A stretch of 51,788 nt of DNA, counting the filler, from Dirinaria sp. TL-2023a (taxonomy: Eukaryota): NCBI GenBank assembly GCA_051941275.1. It is 3 parts of 3 records of this genome, joined end to end, with 100 filler letters (N's around TTAATTAATTAA, not from the genome) between each part and the next. Parts side by side here need not be neighbours in the genome. Positions count along the whole stretch, not along the records: positions 17,304 to 34,501 come from JAVEBF010000445.1; positions 34,602 to 51,788 come from JAVEBF010000446.1; 1 more part is not named here. The stretch is one strand, 5' to 3'. The translations under genes and the position numbers were made by a program. The notes beneath the pieces were generated by a model. The model ran no database searches. It was not told the DNA's origin and saw only the letters and a program-made list of their open reading frames with translations. Positions 24,662 through 36,435 of the stretch are shown here, piece after piece. Position 1 is the first letter of the stretch. Each line of letters starts with the position of its first letter.

Positions 24662-26088
24662 ATGGCCACTGAAGTCGCATCACTATGCGTACGAGTATCA
24701 AGAGCTTTGACGGCTGCTCTCAAGAGCTGATCAAGATTTGCGCAAGTTAGAGAAGCGTAATTGATCTAAGAGAGAAATATAGTGATGGGCTAACATGAGA
24801 GCGCGCGCAAAGAGGGGGGCTCTTTTTGAAAGTGCCGCAAGTGTGCAAATGGGGCTCGTCCAAGATAGATGGCTTGCTAACCAAGCTCGAAGGCGTTTTC
24901 AAGGAACTTTTCCAAGATCACTTGACACCAAAGCTCAGAGGAGTATTCTCGAGCTCTTTTTGTCATCTTCACCACCATTGCAAGTGGGATTTAGAACAAA
25001 TTGCAAACCTGGAGAGGTTAGGGTACCTTTTTATCGCTCTTAGTTTTCTTCATCTTCTCGTCGGTTCCAAAGAATGCACCTATTCTACAGTGGTACCCAC
25101 TGGTTTAAAGGATTCTTTGTCAAGAAACATGCCTCTTGAGATGTCATGGTGGAGTGCTTAGCAATTGAAAGCTTACGAGTATCTGCATTTGAGCTAGGGG
25201 TACAAGAAGGTTTGCCCCCTATCAAACTGTTAGCTCCCGACAAAGGGTTACAGCTGTAATAAAACATGCACATTTTCAAGGTAGCATGAATAGGTAGGTT
25301 TCATCAGCATTGCCTATCATTATTCATAGTGCTTACACCCTTCTTACATTTCCATTATCTCGGTTAACTCCGTGTGTCGTTCCGGGCACCTCCGGCTCGC
25401 GATTTGCAGAAGAATCCGGATACTTTAGGCGAGGCTTGATGCATCTCGTGTCCGAATATATTTTGCAGAACCCGCTTTCTGTCATACTACCTAGTAATGT
25501 CACTATCGTATTACAACAAGCCATCTGATTGTGGAGCGCTAGAAAAGAAAATAATTCCCCATCAATGGTTAAAGCCATCGGGCTATGGACCTCGGGAGTT
25601 GGGGATGGGTAGTGCTCACTGGAGAGTGGAAAGTTAATTTTTGACAATACAGCTCGGGCATTAAGCCATCCGACTGTACAAGATTCATCTCATGAGGATG
25701 ACCTTGAAGGCGAGCTCCGAAAAGTTGAGCAGTCATGTGTGAAGAAAATTCCACAGCAAAGCCCGAGCGGCAAGCCATCTAACTACGGAAGACCCATCTA
25801 ATGGTGATGGGGAGGATCTTGAAGCAGAGTTTCGAAGAACGTTGGGCAGCTTTGGGAAAAGAGAATTCCGATAATGCACCTTGGGCTGCATACTATTTTG
25901 ACCAGGTACCAACGGCCCATTCGATAACGAAGACACCAATCATAGAACACTCAACGCAGAGCTACTTTCAAAATGCTGAGCTAATGAACCTCTGCGATAA
26001 TCACGGCCAAAGAGCAGATTCCGAAGATGTGGCATGCTTTTTACCCATGCAGTGTATCATCGCCCACAGAATCGATCAATTCACATAA
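24662..26088 (+). pseudogene. Possible heavily decayed gene relic (N-terminal helical domain plus TPR-like segment)
   Basis: Frame-hopping fragments MATEVASLCVRVSRAL../RADQDLRKLEKR/CKWGSSKIDGLLTKLEGVF..KWDLEQIANLE and LKQSFEERWAALGKENSD..WAAYYF. Many stops and frameshifts; the resemblance was judged by eye only. Confidence 0.25.
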
Positions 26089-27031
26089 CCTTTTTGGGCC
26101 TTAGCGGAGAAAAGGGGGCCCGGGTTTTCAGATGAATGACAAGTGTGCTTGCATTCCCCTTCCAAAAAAGACAAAGACCTCTCATAGCTGTAAAGAACTC
26201 GACGCTGACACCTGTCCTTGATCAAGAAAATAGGCGAGGTGAATCCAATAACCCAGCAAAAAAAAAAAAGAAAAGAAAAGAAAAGGGTAACAGATAGCAA
26301 TAATATCACCCTCTTGAAAATGCCATGTATCGAACACTTTATTTTAAAAAAAAAAAAAAAAAAAAAGAGTCTACCGACCAAACATCCCTCTCCAGTTCTA
26401 GTACCCTTCTTCTATCTCAGAAGCCAAGACCGCAGTGAAACACTCCTCTCCCGTACACGCTTATATCAAGCAAGAATAAAACCGAGAATCATCCCACAGT
26501 CTCAATCAATCTTTGGTATTTACCTTGCCTTACCCTTTCGATCTATCTAAAGTCAGATATTGCAGACTTTTGTTATTATGTAGGTTTAGGACCTAGTGTC
26601 AGCTGCCGTATGAGGATCAGCTATAGATCTAGCTTGGGGGTTCAATGTTGACGATGAATTTTAGGAACGTGGTACTCGTACTTAACGACATAACTTTGAT
26701 GTGCGCGTGAATAAAGAAAGGGTAAGGTAGGTTTAGTATATTATGTATTGTGTTACGAGCTATAGGATTCGAAAGTAGGATTCAAGTAAGGTAAGGTGGA
26801 TCAATAGAAGTCGTGATAAGAAGTTTGAGAAGTTAAAGTACAAGGTATCTTTCTTCAGAAACCACCGAGCTTTTTTAAAGCGGGGTTGCTATCTCATGCA
26901 TGCTATTCTGTGTGGTATCTAACTATCTGGCGGCCTTATTATGATTATGAAATGCCCTTTCCATCATTTTTTGGTTTTTTTTTGGGAGCTGGAAACCACC
27001 ACAACATTGCCCGCCGACTGTGTAAACTCCC

Positions 27032-30000
27032 TCACAAATACAACGACTGTGCAGCCACGATATCCCTGCGGACCTTCTTCAGGGACTCCTCGAATTTCTG
27101 CTCCAGTTCTTCGCTGCCCATGACTTTGGCCGCCTGCGCCATCTGCCTCAGGAGCTCCTCGAGCCGGCGGAACAGACGGATCAAGCTGCCCTCGTACACG
27201 TCGGTCATCTTGCAGATCTCGGCGAAGGATTTGCCGTGCGCCCAGGCATAGACCACTTCCATCAGCTGCGGTTTGAAGGCTTGCAGGTACTCGTCTTCGT
27301 TGAGGGGCAACTTGCTTTCCTGGGAGACTTTGGCGATGAGCCGGGCCTGCGCCTGGACCTCGCGGAAGGGTTTGGCCAGCTCTTCCCGCAGTTCCGGGGA
27401 GTTGGCCTTCTCCTCGAAGATGAACACGCTGAGGACCGCGGCGCACATTTCCGGCGACAGTTCGTTGAAGAACCGGTTGAAGAGCAGTTCGCTCAGGAGC
27501 AGCTCGTCGCCCGTGCTGATCTCGCATGCTACGCGAGCCTTGAGCTGGACGACCTCCGCGTCGTTGATGAACTTAAATCGGCGCAGGACACGCTTGCGAC
27601 ACTTGAGTTCCTCAAGCTGCATGATGGAGAGGGCGACGGAGATTTGCTTCTTGACGGCTTTGATCTTGTCTTGAATGGCGACCTTGTCTGCATACTGATT
27701 ATATAATTCTGGGAGGCGCGGCGAATTGTAGAGGGGGTTGGAGAGTAACCGCGATTCGAGGACCTCGATTTTCTGGAATATATTAGCACAGCCTCCGTTG
27801 ACGGATGGTTAATTAGTACCCTAAGCAGCTTCTTGAACGATGCATCGGTGATGCCCATGTTCTCGATCGGATCCAAAACGGCAATCCCATTTGGGAACCT
27901 ACGCTTAACCTCCTCTAATGACTTCCTCACATTATTCCGCTGGTCTACCGACTTCAAGTCTGCGGGAAGATACAGCCTGATGTGGCCAATAGATGCGATA
28001 GCACTCAGCAAGATCGGCACTACCTCCATCTTTCCCTTCTCCCCTTCAATCGGTGGCCGAATACTGTTCCCGTCAATGGGTAGCTTCGACGATGATGAGT
28101 CGGCAACTTGAAGAAGCACGTCGATTATGAAAGATTCCTGGGGTTTCATGACTTCTTGGCTCTGGCTTTTGCCAGGCTTAACCGCCGTAAAATTGACCAC
28201 GGCCCCCCAACCGAAATCGTTGTCTCGATGTTTCACTTTGACCAGCCGTCCCGATTGCAGGAATTGCAAAGAATAATTCGGATGGTTGATGACATCTTGC
28301 ATATCCTGGGTATACGTCTTCAGTTGCTGGCGCAAGTCGTAGCAATCCCGGACCATGCTTTCATCTGCAATGTCAAAGCTCTCGCGCTGGTTTTCCAAGT
28401 CACGAAGCTCTTTCTCAAGTCCCGAGACACTGGCGGTATTCTGGAATTGGTAGAAACATCGTTCTAGCATGAATTCGGGAGAGATTCCCTCCACTCGCAT
28501 CAGATTCAAGATCATGTTGTACCCCAGATAGAAGGCGGAATTCAGCTTGTCTTGCTCGCCTCGCACGATATCTTTGGCGACTCCGGGCTCCATCTTTTCT
28601 TCAATCATCATAATAACAATACCTCGTTCATCGATACTACGCCGACCGGCGCGTCCAGACATTTGTACGAACTCCGAAGGTGTAACCCATCTTGAGGATA
28701 CGCCGTCAAATTTGCGAACATTGGTAAATACAACAGTCTTTGCAGGCATATTGAGTCCTATTGAGAAAGTCTCCGTAGCGAATAGAACCTTGATCAGACC
28801 TTCTTGGAAGAGAATCTCGATGGTCTCTTTGAGGATAGGAAGAAGCCCAGAGTGGTGGATACCAATACCTCGCCTGAGCAGGGGTAGAATGTTCTGGATT
28901 TGTGGCAAGCTTTTATCTTCTTCCGTGAGCATCTCCAGTGCGTTGTGGAAAACTTTCTCCACCATTGCTTTTTCCGACTCCTCATTGAAGGTCAGATTGC
29001 TCATTTGCAGAGCGTATGCCTCACATGCACTCTTGCTAAAGCTGAATACAATTACTGGGTTGTAGTTCTTCATCATTATCATCTTGACGATCTTATAGAT
29101 ATCAGATGGACCCTTAGTGCCACCCTTGTTGAGTCTCTTATCTTTACCCCTCCCTTTTCGTTTAGCCATCGCGTCGCCAGGATCATCGCCTTGCTTGTCA
29201 GATATTGAGGTCATGGCCCTGTTGAAGTTATCTTCGCGGAAGAGCCCCTTCTCGTCAACGATCAGATGGATCCCATCCGCTCCAGCAGGGAAGAAGTAAT
29301 GTTGCAAGGGAGTTGGCCTGAAGTCAGTATATACAACGTGACAGGGCTGGCCATGGGTCTTGGTTATCCATTCTGCGAATTGCATTGCATTCGGTATTGT
29401 GGCTGAGAGGAATACGTAGCGAACTTTGTCTGGTAAGAGAATGATCGTCTCTTCCCATACAACACCACGCGACTTATCACGCATGTAGTGGATCTCGTCG
29501 AAGATCACCCAAGCTACTTCTCGCATAATCTCCGAGCCCCTGTAGAGCATCGAGCGGAGGATTTCAGTGGTCATGACCAGACACGTCGCTGTAGGGTTAA
29601 TGGTGACATCGCCCGTCATCAATCCAACATCGCCAAAGTATGCCAGGAAATCCCGATATTTTTGATTACTGAGCGCTTTGATCGGACTGGTGTAAATCAC
29701 CCTTTGGTTGTTCTTCAGGCACTGAGCGATTGCATATTCGGCCACAGCAGTCTTGCCGGCGCTTGTATGTGCCGACACGAGAACGCTTTCTCCTCTCTCT
29801 ATTGATGCAATCGAAACTTTCTGGAAGGGATCGAGAACATATTTATATGTCCGTGCCGGCGTTTCCGGATCTTGGTGCTGTGATATGGGGATGTAATCGT
29901 AATCAGGTGGTAGGGCAACCTGATGTCGGACTTGATGGTGTAGGACGACTGCGTCCCCCTCTTTTGAAGCTTGAAGCCCTGCTGATGCCGCGACCTCTCT

Positions 30001-30261
30001 AGACTGTTCTGTCTCAAAAGCATCTGCAACCACAGGCTCGACTTCAGGTTCGCGTCTCTGCCGCTTCGTATCCGGCAGCTCCACTGGATTTGGGTTTGTC
30101 TGTGTGGAAGTAGATGTCTGGCCCGTGGCACCGGCTATCTCCTTGGGCTCCCCATTTGCTTGCCGTTTCTTACTTCTATCCTTGTACGCCTTTCTTGCGA
30201 TTGCCGTGGATTTGGATGCATCGGATGGCTTGTCGTCGATGGCATCGAAAAATTCGTCCAT
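27032..30261 (-). CDS. MTR4: Ski2-like DExH RNA helicase Mtr4/Dob1 (TRAMP/exosome cofactor)
   Basis: Intron 27819-27773. [15 protein letters not shown] and QMSGRAGRR motifs, KOW/arch region, and DSHCT end [12 protein letters not shown]. Confidence 0.95.
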
Positions 30262-30548
30262 ATCGCGGAAGTTCTCGCGGCGTGGAGCAATTGCGAGCTT
30301 GCCAGAGGGCGGGCTGGATCAGAATGTTGAGAGTAAGTAAATGGAGTATCCAATGAACCGCTAGCAAGGGTGATTGCGATTTCTTAATCAACCGAACTTG
30401 TGCCGAGATCGACTCCGAGGGCGTTTTCTTTGATAAGATAAGCTGCCTTACCTTAGGTGCTTTAGGGTATCAACACAACCCTACCTCACTAAGAATTGTC
30501 AATGACAAACGCTTGATAACACAGTACAAGTATTGCAGGACGATTAAC

Positions 30549-31301
30549 ATGGCATTGTATAATGTATGGCATCTTCGAAAAGTCGCAGATGCTTCGTCGA
30601 AGCCTTGCGACATATGTTACAAGCCAACAACAAGCGTACTGGTCACGCCTGATAACAAGGTGATCTAAGGCCTTCCACTCCACCTAAAGTCACCCAGCTC
30701 ATCCGATCAAGGACTACTTCTTCATATGCCCAGGGCACGTCAAGGACCGAAATTTTGCTACACCCATAATTGACGAGGCAGATGCTACAGCCAAGAAAAA
30801 GAGGGAAGAGCTGGACCGAGAGGTTGAGCTAGTAAAGAAAGAGTACGAAGAGAAGTTGAAGAAGAAGCAGGAAGTGAGGGATACGAAGAAGCAAGAAGCA
30901 GAAAAAGGCCAAGCAGGAAAAGACAAGGTCAAGAGCGAGCATGAAGAGACTGACGCCATGTTAGACAAGGAGAAAGATGAAAAGGTCTGCAAGCAGGCCT
31001 TGAGCAACATTGAGGGCGAAAACGGATGCTGATCTGTCGCACATAGATCAATGCAATCACCAGCAAACAAACCACCGCAGCAGCAGACGATGGACCTCGG
31101 ATCTTTGCTTTACAAAAGTAATTCTCTGCTGGCGTCATCATTCCGGCCATGAAACAGTCAGATGATAAACTGACTGGCCATAGGATCTTTTTTCAAAAAC
31201 GGCTTGATCGCATACGCAATGCAGAAATTGCCAAGAGAAATCGGGAACGGCTCAAAAGCCCGAATTTGTTTCCATCTGTACCCCACAGCAGTCTCGGATG
31301 A
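30549..31301 (+). CDS. VFA1: Vps4-associated protein Vfa1 (DUF1742 family)
   Basis: Introns 30660-30711, 30985-31046, 31118-31183. NVWHLRKVAD..KPCDICYKPTTSVLVTPDNKDYFFICPGHVKDRNFATP ... PRIFALQKIFFQKRL..LFPSVP. Absent from the ORF track. Confidence 0.85.
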
Positions 31302-32307
31302 GAAGATGCTTATGGAGATGACGGGTACTCGAACGGCTCTCGTCGCCTTACTTTCATTTCGTGGCTCCACTGATAGCACTTCAGAGGGTGGTTCGTCCTG
31401 TGCCATGACGAATGGACTCCTTATGCCTCTTCGGAGCCATCGCCATTTCTGACTAGATCCTGCCAGCTACTGTGCCATCTCTACTGTGCCATCTCAGACA
31501 AGGATGGGATGCAGCTTGCAGAATCGGAATAAGCACTGTGCATCGGTCCTAAATCCTTCACCCGTGTGTCTCCGTAGGATCGACAAAGTCTCGAAAGTAT
31601 AAGCTCTGAGGAAATTGATGGGGCTCTAAAGTAACGCCAGATCTCTCCGCCTCCCGCTGGGGCCGCGCACCGTTCGTTCCTCAAGGATTTCCATCCTGGC
31701 TGCCGATAACGGTGATGAGACGCCCTGCGCGAACGTGACAGCAGCAAGCCGTAGGCTCGTAGAGTTTCTAGCCGGCTTTATTCTACGGCAGCTGTCCCTT
31801 AAAGTTCTGACAGTGGACAGTGCAGCCGGCAAATCATTACTCACTTTGCCAGTAGGAACCATATTTCAAGAAAAAAGAGACCCGAGTATGAACCAATCGC
31901 AGGTTCACCGTGTACCTCCGGATTTCTCACCGATCGAATCACGAACTCAAAGTTATCAAACTGCACATTCGACTGTCACGCTCGTCTCACGATAGATGCC
32001 GTCGATCAGCTTGAAGCGTTGACTTGCTATCACAGCCCTTCAAAGTACAAGCATCAGCCTTTGTCTACCGAGGCCAAGTCCGAACGTGTTTTACTGCGGC
32101 AGACCTGATCCCTCATTAATGATCGAAATTATTCGAAAATGAGGACGGATACGTTCTGAGACAAGATGTCCGCGCTTCTAATAATCCTAGGTTTACTCTG
32201 AACGGTTTAGCAAGGCTTGGGATCCCGAAGCAGGCCTTACAAGCCCTCAATAAAAAAAGAATCCCTTGCAAAGCCTTGCAATTCCATGTCATCTGTTTCC
32301 TTTTCGC

Positions 32308-33490
32308 TTATATCTTACCGACTTCACCTTCACCTTTGCGGGCTATTTTCCGCGAACCATGAACCTCGTCTACACGGCCTCTTGCAATCGATATTGCAGG
32401 CACTACCCATTCTCCGCATGTACACTTCATCCCCTGCCACGCGTATTTGCCTACATTCTGTTCGCATTTCCGGTTAGGGCATTCCAGTCTACCGGACAGG
32501 AGACCTTTTTCCAGCTCAGGTCTCATCCAGGAGAGAGGGTCAAGGAACAGGTGGGAGCACGTCGGTAGCAGTGTTGAAGGTAGAGACCAACTCGAATCTG
32601 TTGATGACGGCTTGGAAGGAGAAAAGGATGTTGTGCGAGGAGTATGCGTCACCACATAGTCTGAAGTAGCAAGCGGTGTCCTGCACCTCCGACACCTCCA
32701 AATTGAACTCACCTCTTTAGTCTCATCGTTGCTCGGAGTTGTAGAGGTTAATTCCCCGAATTGGATTTCTCCGGCTTCTGGCGCCAAACCGGCCGCCCTT
32801 GAAGCTTCGACGTTGCGGTGGTACAGCCAGCGCTGATATAAAGGGGAAGAGTCGGGATCTTCGGGACACTGCATGCGGTGGTAGAGCTCCAGCTGTGACA
32901 TGAAACCTGAGTTCGGCTCAGCAGAAGGACGGCATCGGCGAATGAGACCCAGCGCGGATTGAAAATCTAAAGTAGGATTGAGAAATAGAAGATAGGCGAT
33001 GAGAAAAGCGGCAGAGCGGGATTTGCCCATTGCACTGAATATTTTAGGGTTAGCCTTCGAAGCAATCCATGTGATTGGGTACCTAAGGTAAGTTATGGTA
33101 CGGAACAACGTTATTATCACCTCACATTTCTGAGGAGCTTCCAAATGGAAGTCAGGACCTACCAGTGAACAAGCACCCCTCCTCCGCCGTCAAGCCCGGC
33201 CCGAATGAAGGCATTGGTGGTCGGAAAGTGCTGAAGGATGTTCTCATCTTCCAAGTCGTGCACTTCCACCACCAGATGCTTATAATCTTGGAACAGATCC
33301 CGATCGATTGGTAAGGTCAGGGCTGAGACCACATGGGTGATGTTTGCCTTCTTCAGAGCCTCTTTTCGGCGTAACGCGAACAGTCTAGCCTCGACATCAG
33401 CGTCTAAAAACCAGCAGCCGTGTCTGCACCACTTAGTACTTACCCTCCAATGTACAGCTGTGGTTCCCCAGGCACACGATCCAGGGACAT
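32308..33490 (-). CDS. YVH1: Dual-specificity phosphatase Yvh1/DUSP12 with C-terminal zinc-binding domain
   Basis: ATG 33490 (MSLDRVPGEPQLYIGG); introns 33443-33385 and 33162-33035. Catalytic VLVHCAMGKSRS spans intron 2; PNSGFMSQL; CRRCR..CSHLF..CPNRKC..GMKCTCGEWVVPA. Confidence 0.92.
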
Positions 33491-34501
33491 GGAGACTTGG
33501 TCGGGGTACTGGAATCAATAATAATAATGAGCTTAACGCCTGATGCGGAGATTCCAATTCTCGTCGGCAGATAATAGTGAATTTCCCTCGGCTCGGCTAG
33601 GCTACTCGGTACTCATGGTGATGATTTGACATCCCATACCTTACGGTATTCACATGATGCAGCACCAAGCAAGGTGAAACCTAAGGCAGCTGAACGAGAA
33701 TGACCAGATCTGGGCATCCCAGTCTGGATTGCGCCTCATTGCCCAGATCTTGGTTGAGGATGTAGGGAGAAAAGTCTGGAAGAGCTCACGTTATTCTCCC
33801 ATTGGACGCTGCTGTCCTGCCCTGGTCTGCTATTGACTCTTAAGCTTGTTCGAACCTCACCCTATCATTTGCTACCCCACCTTCGCTTTTTGGACAATCT
33901 TCAATACAGCCTAGGTAATTTTACACACCGCTCAAGAGAATGGGAACTCAATTTGCAATCACGCCTTAGGTAAATTTTTGCTTTCCGTCTTCTCTTCTCG
34001 GTGGCAACGGAGACAAAAGGCAAATGTTCAGCTTCGACGTGCGAGCCAAGCTGACGCCATCGCTGAAAATACTGGCCCAACTTTCTCATGGTCGACCTAA
34101 GACCACGCTGCCAAGCTCCTTTGGGACTAGCGCCCAAGCCAAGGACCCAGGCCAAGATCAGCCCTACGCCATACCGTAAGGCACTTAAGCGTTGGCGTGC
34201 TGCGAGCTTGCGACACCAGTGACCAAGGTACCACTAAGGCAAGGTAAGGTAGCAGTAAACGTGGATGCGCAAGCCTTGCAGCTCGTCTCCCCCGTCTAGA
34301 ACAACGATGGAGCGAATTTGTCCGCATCTTAGCACTGCCACAGGGCAATAGCAAGACACTACTGTGCTATGCGCTCTCTACTGAGTATGCTGATTGATAG
34401 GATACGATTCGCACTGAGTTCAGATAATTGTCAACCGCACCGCTGCGAGCTATCACTGCATCAGCAAATCATCAGCATGCAGATCACATTAGGTCCAATG
34501 C

Positions 34502-34601
34502 NNNNNNNNNNNNNNNNNNNNNNNNNNNNNNNNNNNNNNNNNNNNTTAATTAATTAANNNNNNNNNNNNNNNNNNNNNNNNNNNNNNNNNNNNNNNNNNN
34601 N
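34502..34601. other. Artificial contig linker (44 N + TTAATTAATTAA + 44 N)
   Basis: Identical to the linker at 17204-17303; core at 34546-34557. Confidence 0.97.
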
Positions 34602-34985
34602 TTCAAGACTCGTTTTGACGTTTTGCTTATTCGGATTCAAGATGAGAATATGCAACGCATTCTGGCAGACGACAGCGTCTATGGGTACGTGGGCGCTGAC
34701 TTTATAAGAACACTGTTCGCAAATACACGTGTCGAGGTTCTAGACGTCTACATCAATGTCTTGAAAGTCTTGTGAGAGACTGTCATAGTCTTCTCACTTT
34801 TCAGCTTCATCTTGGTCTTCATTGCTAAAGATGTCGAGTTCAGAAAGGAGTTGGACACCAAATTTGGGCTCAGTGAAGCAGAAGATATGAATAGGCATCA
34901 AACAACGTCTGAGAAAGAGAGCAACGTCACAGCGAGAAATCCTAGCAATCAATCGAGCACAGAGATGTCGAACGAAAAGGTCTAG
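34602..34985 (+). pseudogene. C-terminal remnant of an MFS drug-efflux (DHA2-type) transporter, point-mutated
   Basis: FKTRFDVLLIRIQDENMQRILADDSVYGYVGADFIRTLFANTRVEVLDVYINVLKVL*ETVIVFSLFSFILVFIAKDVEFRKELDTKFGL matches the fungal DHA2 tail pattern (..W...I.F...F.LVF..K..LRKEL.T.FGL). In-frame TGA at 34773-34775 replaces the conserved Trp. Confidence 0.75.
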
Positions 34986-35263
34986 ACATCTGAAACGCTG
35001 TTTGCATGTATTCAATCATCATTCTACTGATAAGATTCAAATGTTTAAGCTTACACCTAGTTCAAATGCCAATAGACGTCGGTCATTCAAATCATTATCA
35101 GTCTTCGTGTGGTAAAGAGCATCAGTGTTGCGAATCTTTTTTTCAAACATTATTATCGAATAGCAAAATTACTGCTTTATCTCTTCGTGCATAGCAGTCT
35201 CTTTTGAATCATCTTCTTCGTGCTGTCATCATGCCTCGTCGTGCGTCAAGCCTCTCACACAGA

Positions 35264-36435
35264 CTAAGTCAGTATCGGCCTTTGACCCCAAACAGCATAG
35301 ATTCGGTGCATGGCGCCAACTTTGAGCAATTCGCCCTCCACTCGCGCTGCTACATTATCAAGCTCTTCCCATCGAGAACGAAGTAGATGCCGCTACGGAG
35401 TCGGGGACATCAGCCGATTCACTACGCAAGCATTCAAAAGAGCGCCAACATTCATGACAGAAAAATGAGTCGAAAACTCACATCTCGCGTACTGGACTAC
35501 GCCGGCGATAGCTATGGTTAAGCTTCTGGCACCCTTTTCCCCTCAATTCCTTCTTTGCATTGCTTTTCCCAAGCGGCACGTCCAGTACCCGCTCTTCAAC
35601 CCTTTCCATGCCTATTTCCAGTATCCATCCTTTCATCGACCGTGGATAATCACAGTCGACGCCCATCTGCCCGAACAATTCTCTCAGCAAGCTGAACGCG
35701 TCATTCGTAGCCGGACCAAACCGCGCCGGGTCCCGCGTTGTCGGCCTCGAGCAGCCGGATCCACCCCCCCCCGGGCTTCACCAGCACGGTGAGAGCACCC
35801 ACGGCCGAGCGGAGGGAATATGTCTCACAGTCTGGGAGGGTCGGGCGTTGATGCACGAGATCGAAGCGGTCCCTGAACGATTTCGGATACGGCGTCGTCA
35901 TGTCATGGTACATGAGGACCACGAACGGGGCCGGAGGGCTCGGGAAGTAAGACGGCATGATGTCGGTCCCGATAAAGAATTTTGAATTGTTGATGTTGGA
36001 GACGGGCATGTTGGATCGTAGATCGCGGAGTCGGAGATTTGAAGCTCTTTTTCTTGAGCATCATCAAGAGAGGTTTCATGGGAAGGAACAAAAAGAGAAA
36101 GAGAGGGCCAAAAGGGGCAAAGAGATGGACGGAGAAACGCACCGTCGACGGTCGCGTCGTCGAAGATCTGCAGGCCGCGCTGCTGCGAGAGATCGAACGG
36201 GGCGAGCACCAGGTCCCCACCCATGCAGCCCTTGAAGACTTCGTGCTGGTAGCGCAGGCGCTCGACTTCCGTCGGGTTTTGGGCCAGAAAGTAGGTTTCG
36301 CCGTTCGTGTCCTGCTGTTCCTCTGGTTTTGGGTCCGAGGAAGGACGGATCAATGTTTGAGGGAAGGGAATCGAGATTTGTCTCTTTTTGCGCTGTTGTA
36401 GCCATGATCGCTGCTTGTGCGGTGGTGGTAGCCAT
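35264..36435 (-). pseudogene. Class I SAM-dependent methyltransferase pseudogene (fungal secondary-metabolism type)
   Basis: Fragments in different frames: YFLAQNPTEVERLRYQHEVFK..LVLAPFDLS..IFDDATVDG (degenerate motif I), IGTDIMPSYFP..HDMTTPYP..FDLVHQR..LVKPGGGWIRLLEAD, ..IYAVWGQRP. Frameshifts near 36350, 35720 and 35535. Confidence 0.75.

Noticed and set aside
27529..27819. ORF-track C-terminus of the 910-aa MTR4 ORF suggesting a frameshift
   Set aside because: A canonical 47-nt intron (27819-27773) restores the frame.
31310..32300. Short ORFs and a 14-bp tandem duplication (31467-31494) between VFA1 and YVH1
   Set aside because: No recognisable motifs, splice structure or codon bias.
33602..33616. 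Four-codon uORF (MSTE*) upstream of YVH1
   Set aside because: Expected by chance, and it may lie outside the transcript.
34602..35260. AT-shifted DNA beside the gap as a transposon
   Set aside because: It translates as an MFS transporter tail; no transposase or reverse transcriptase motifs, LTRs or TIRs were seen.
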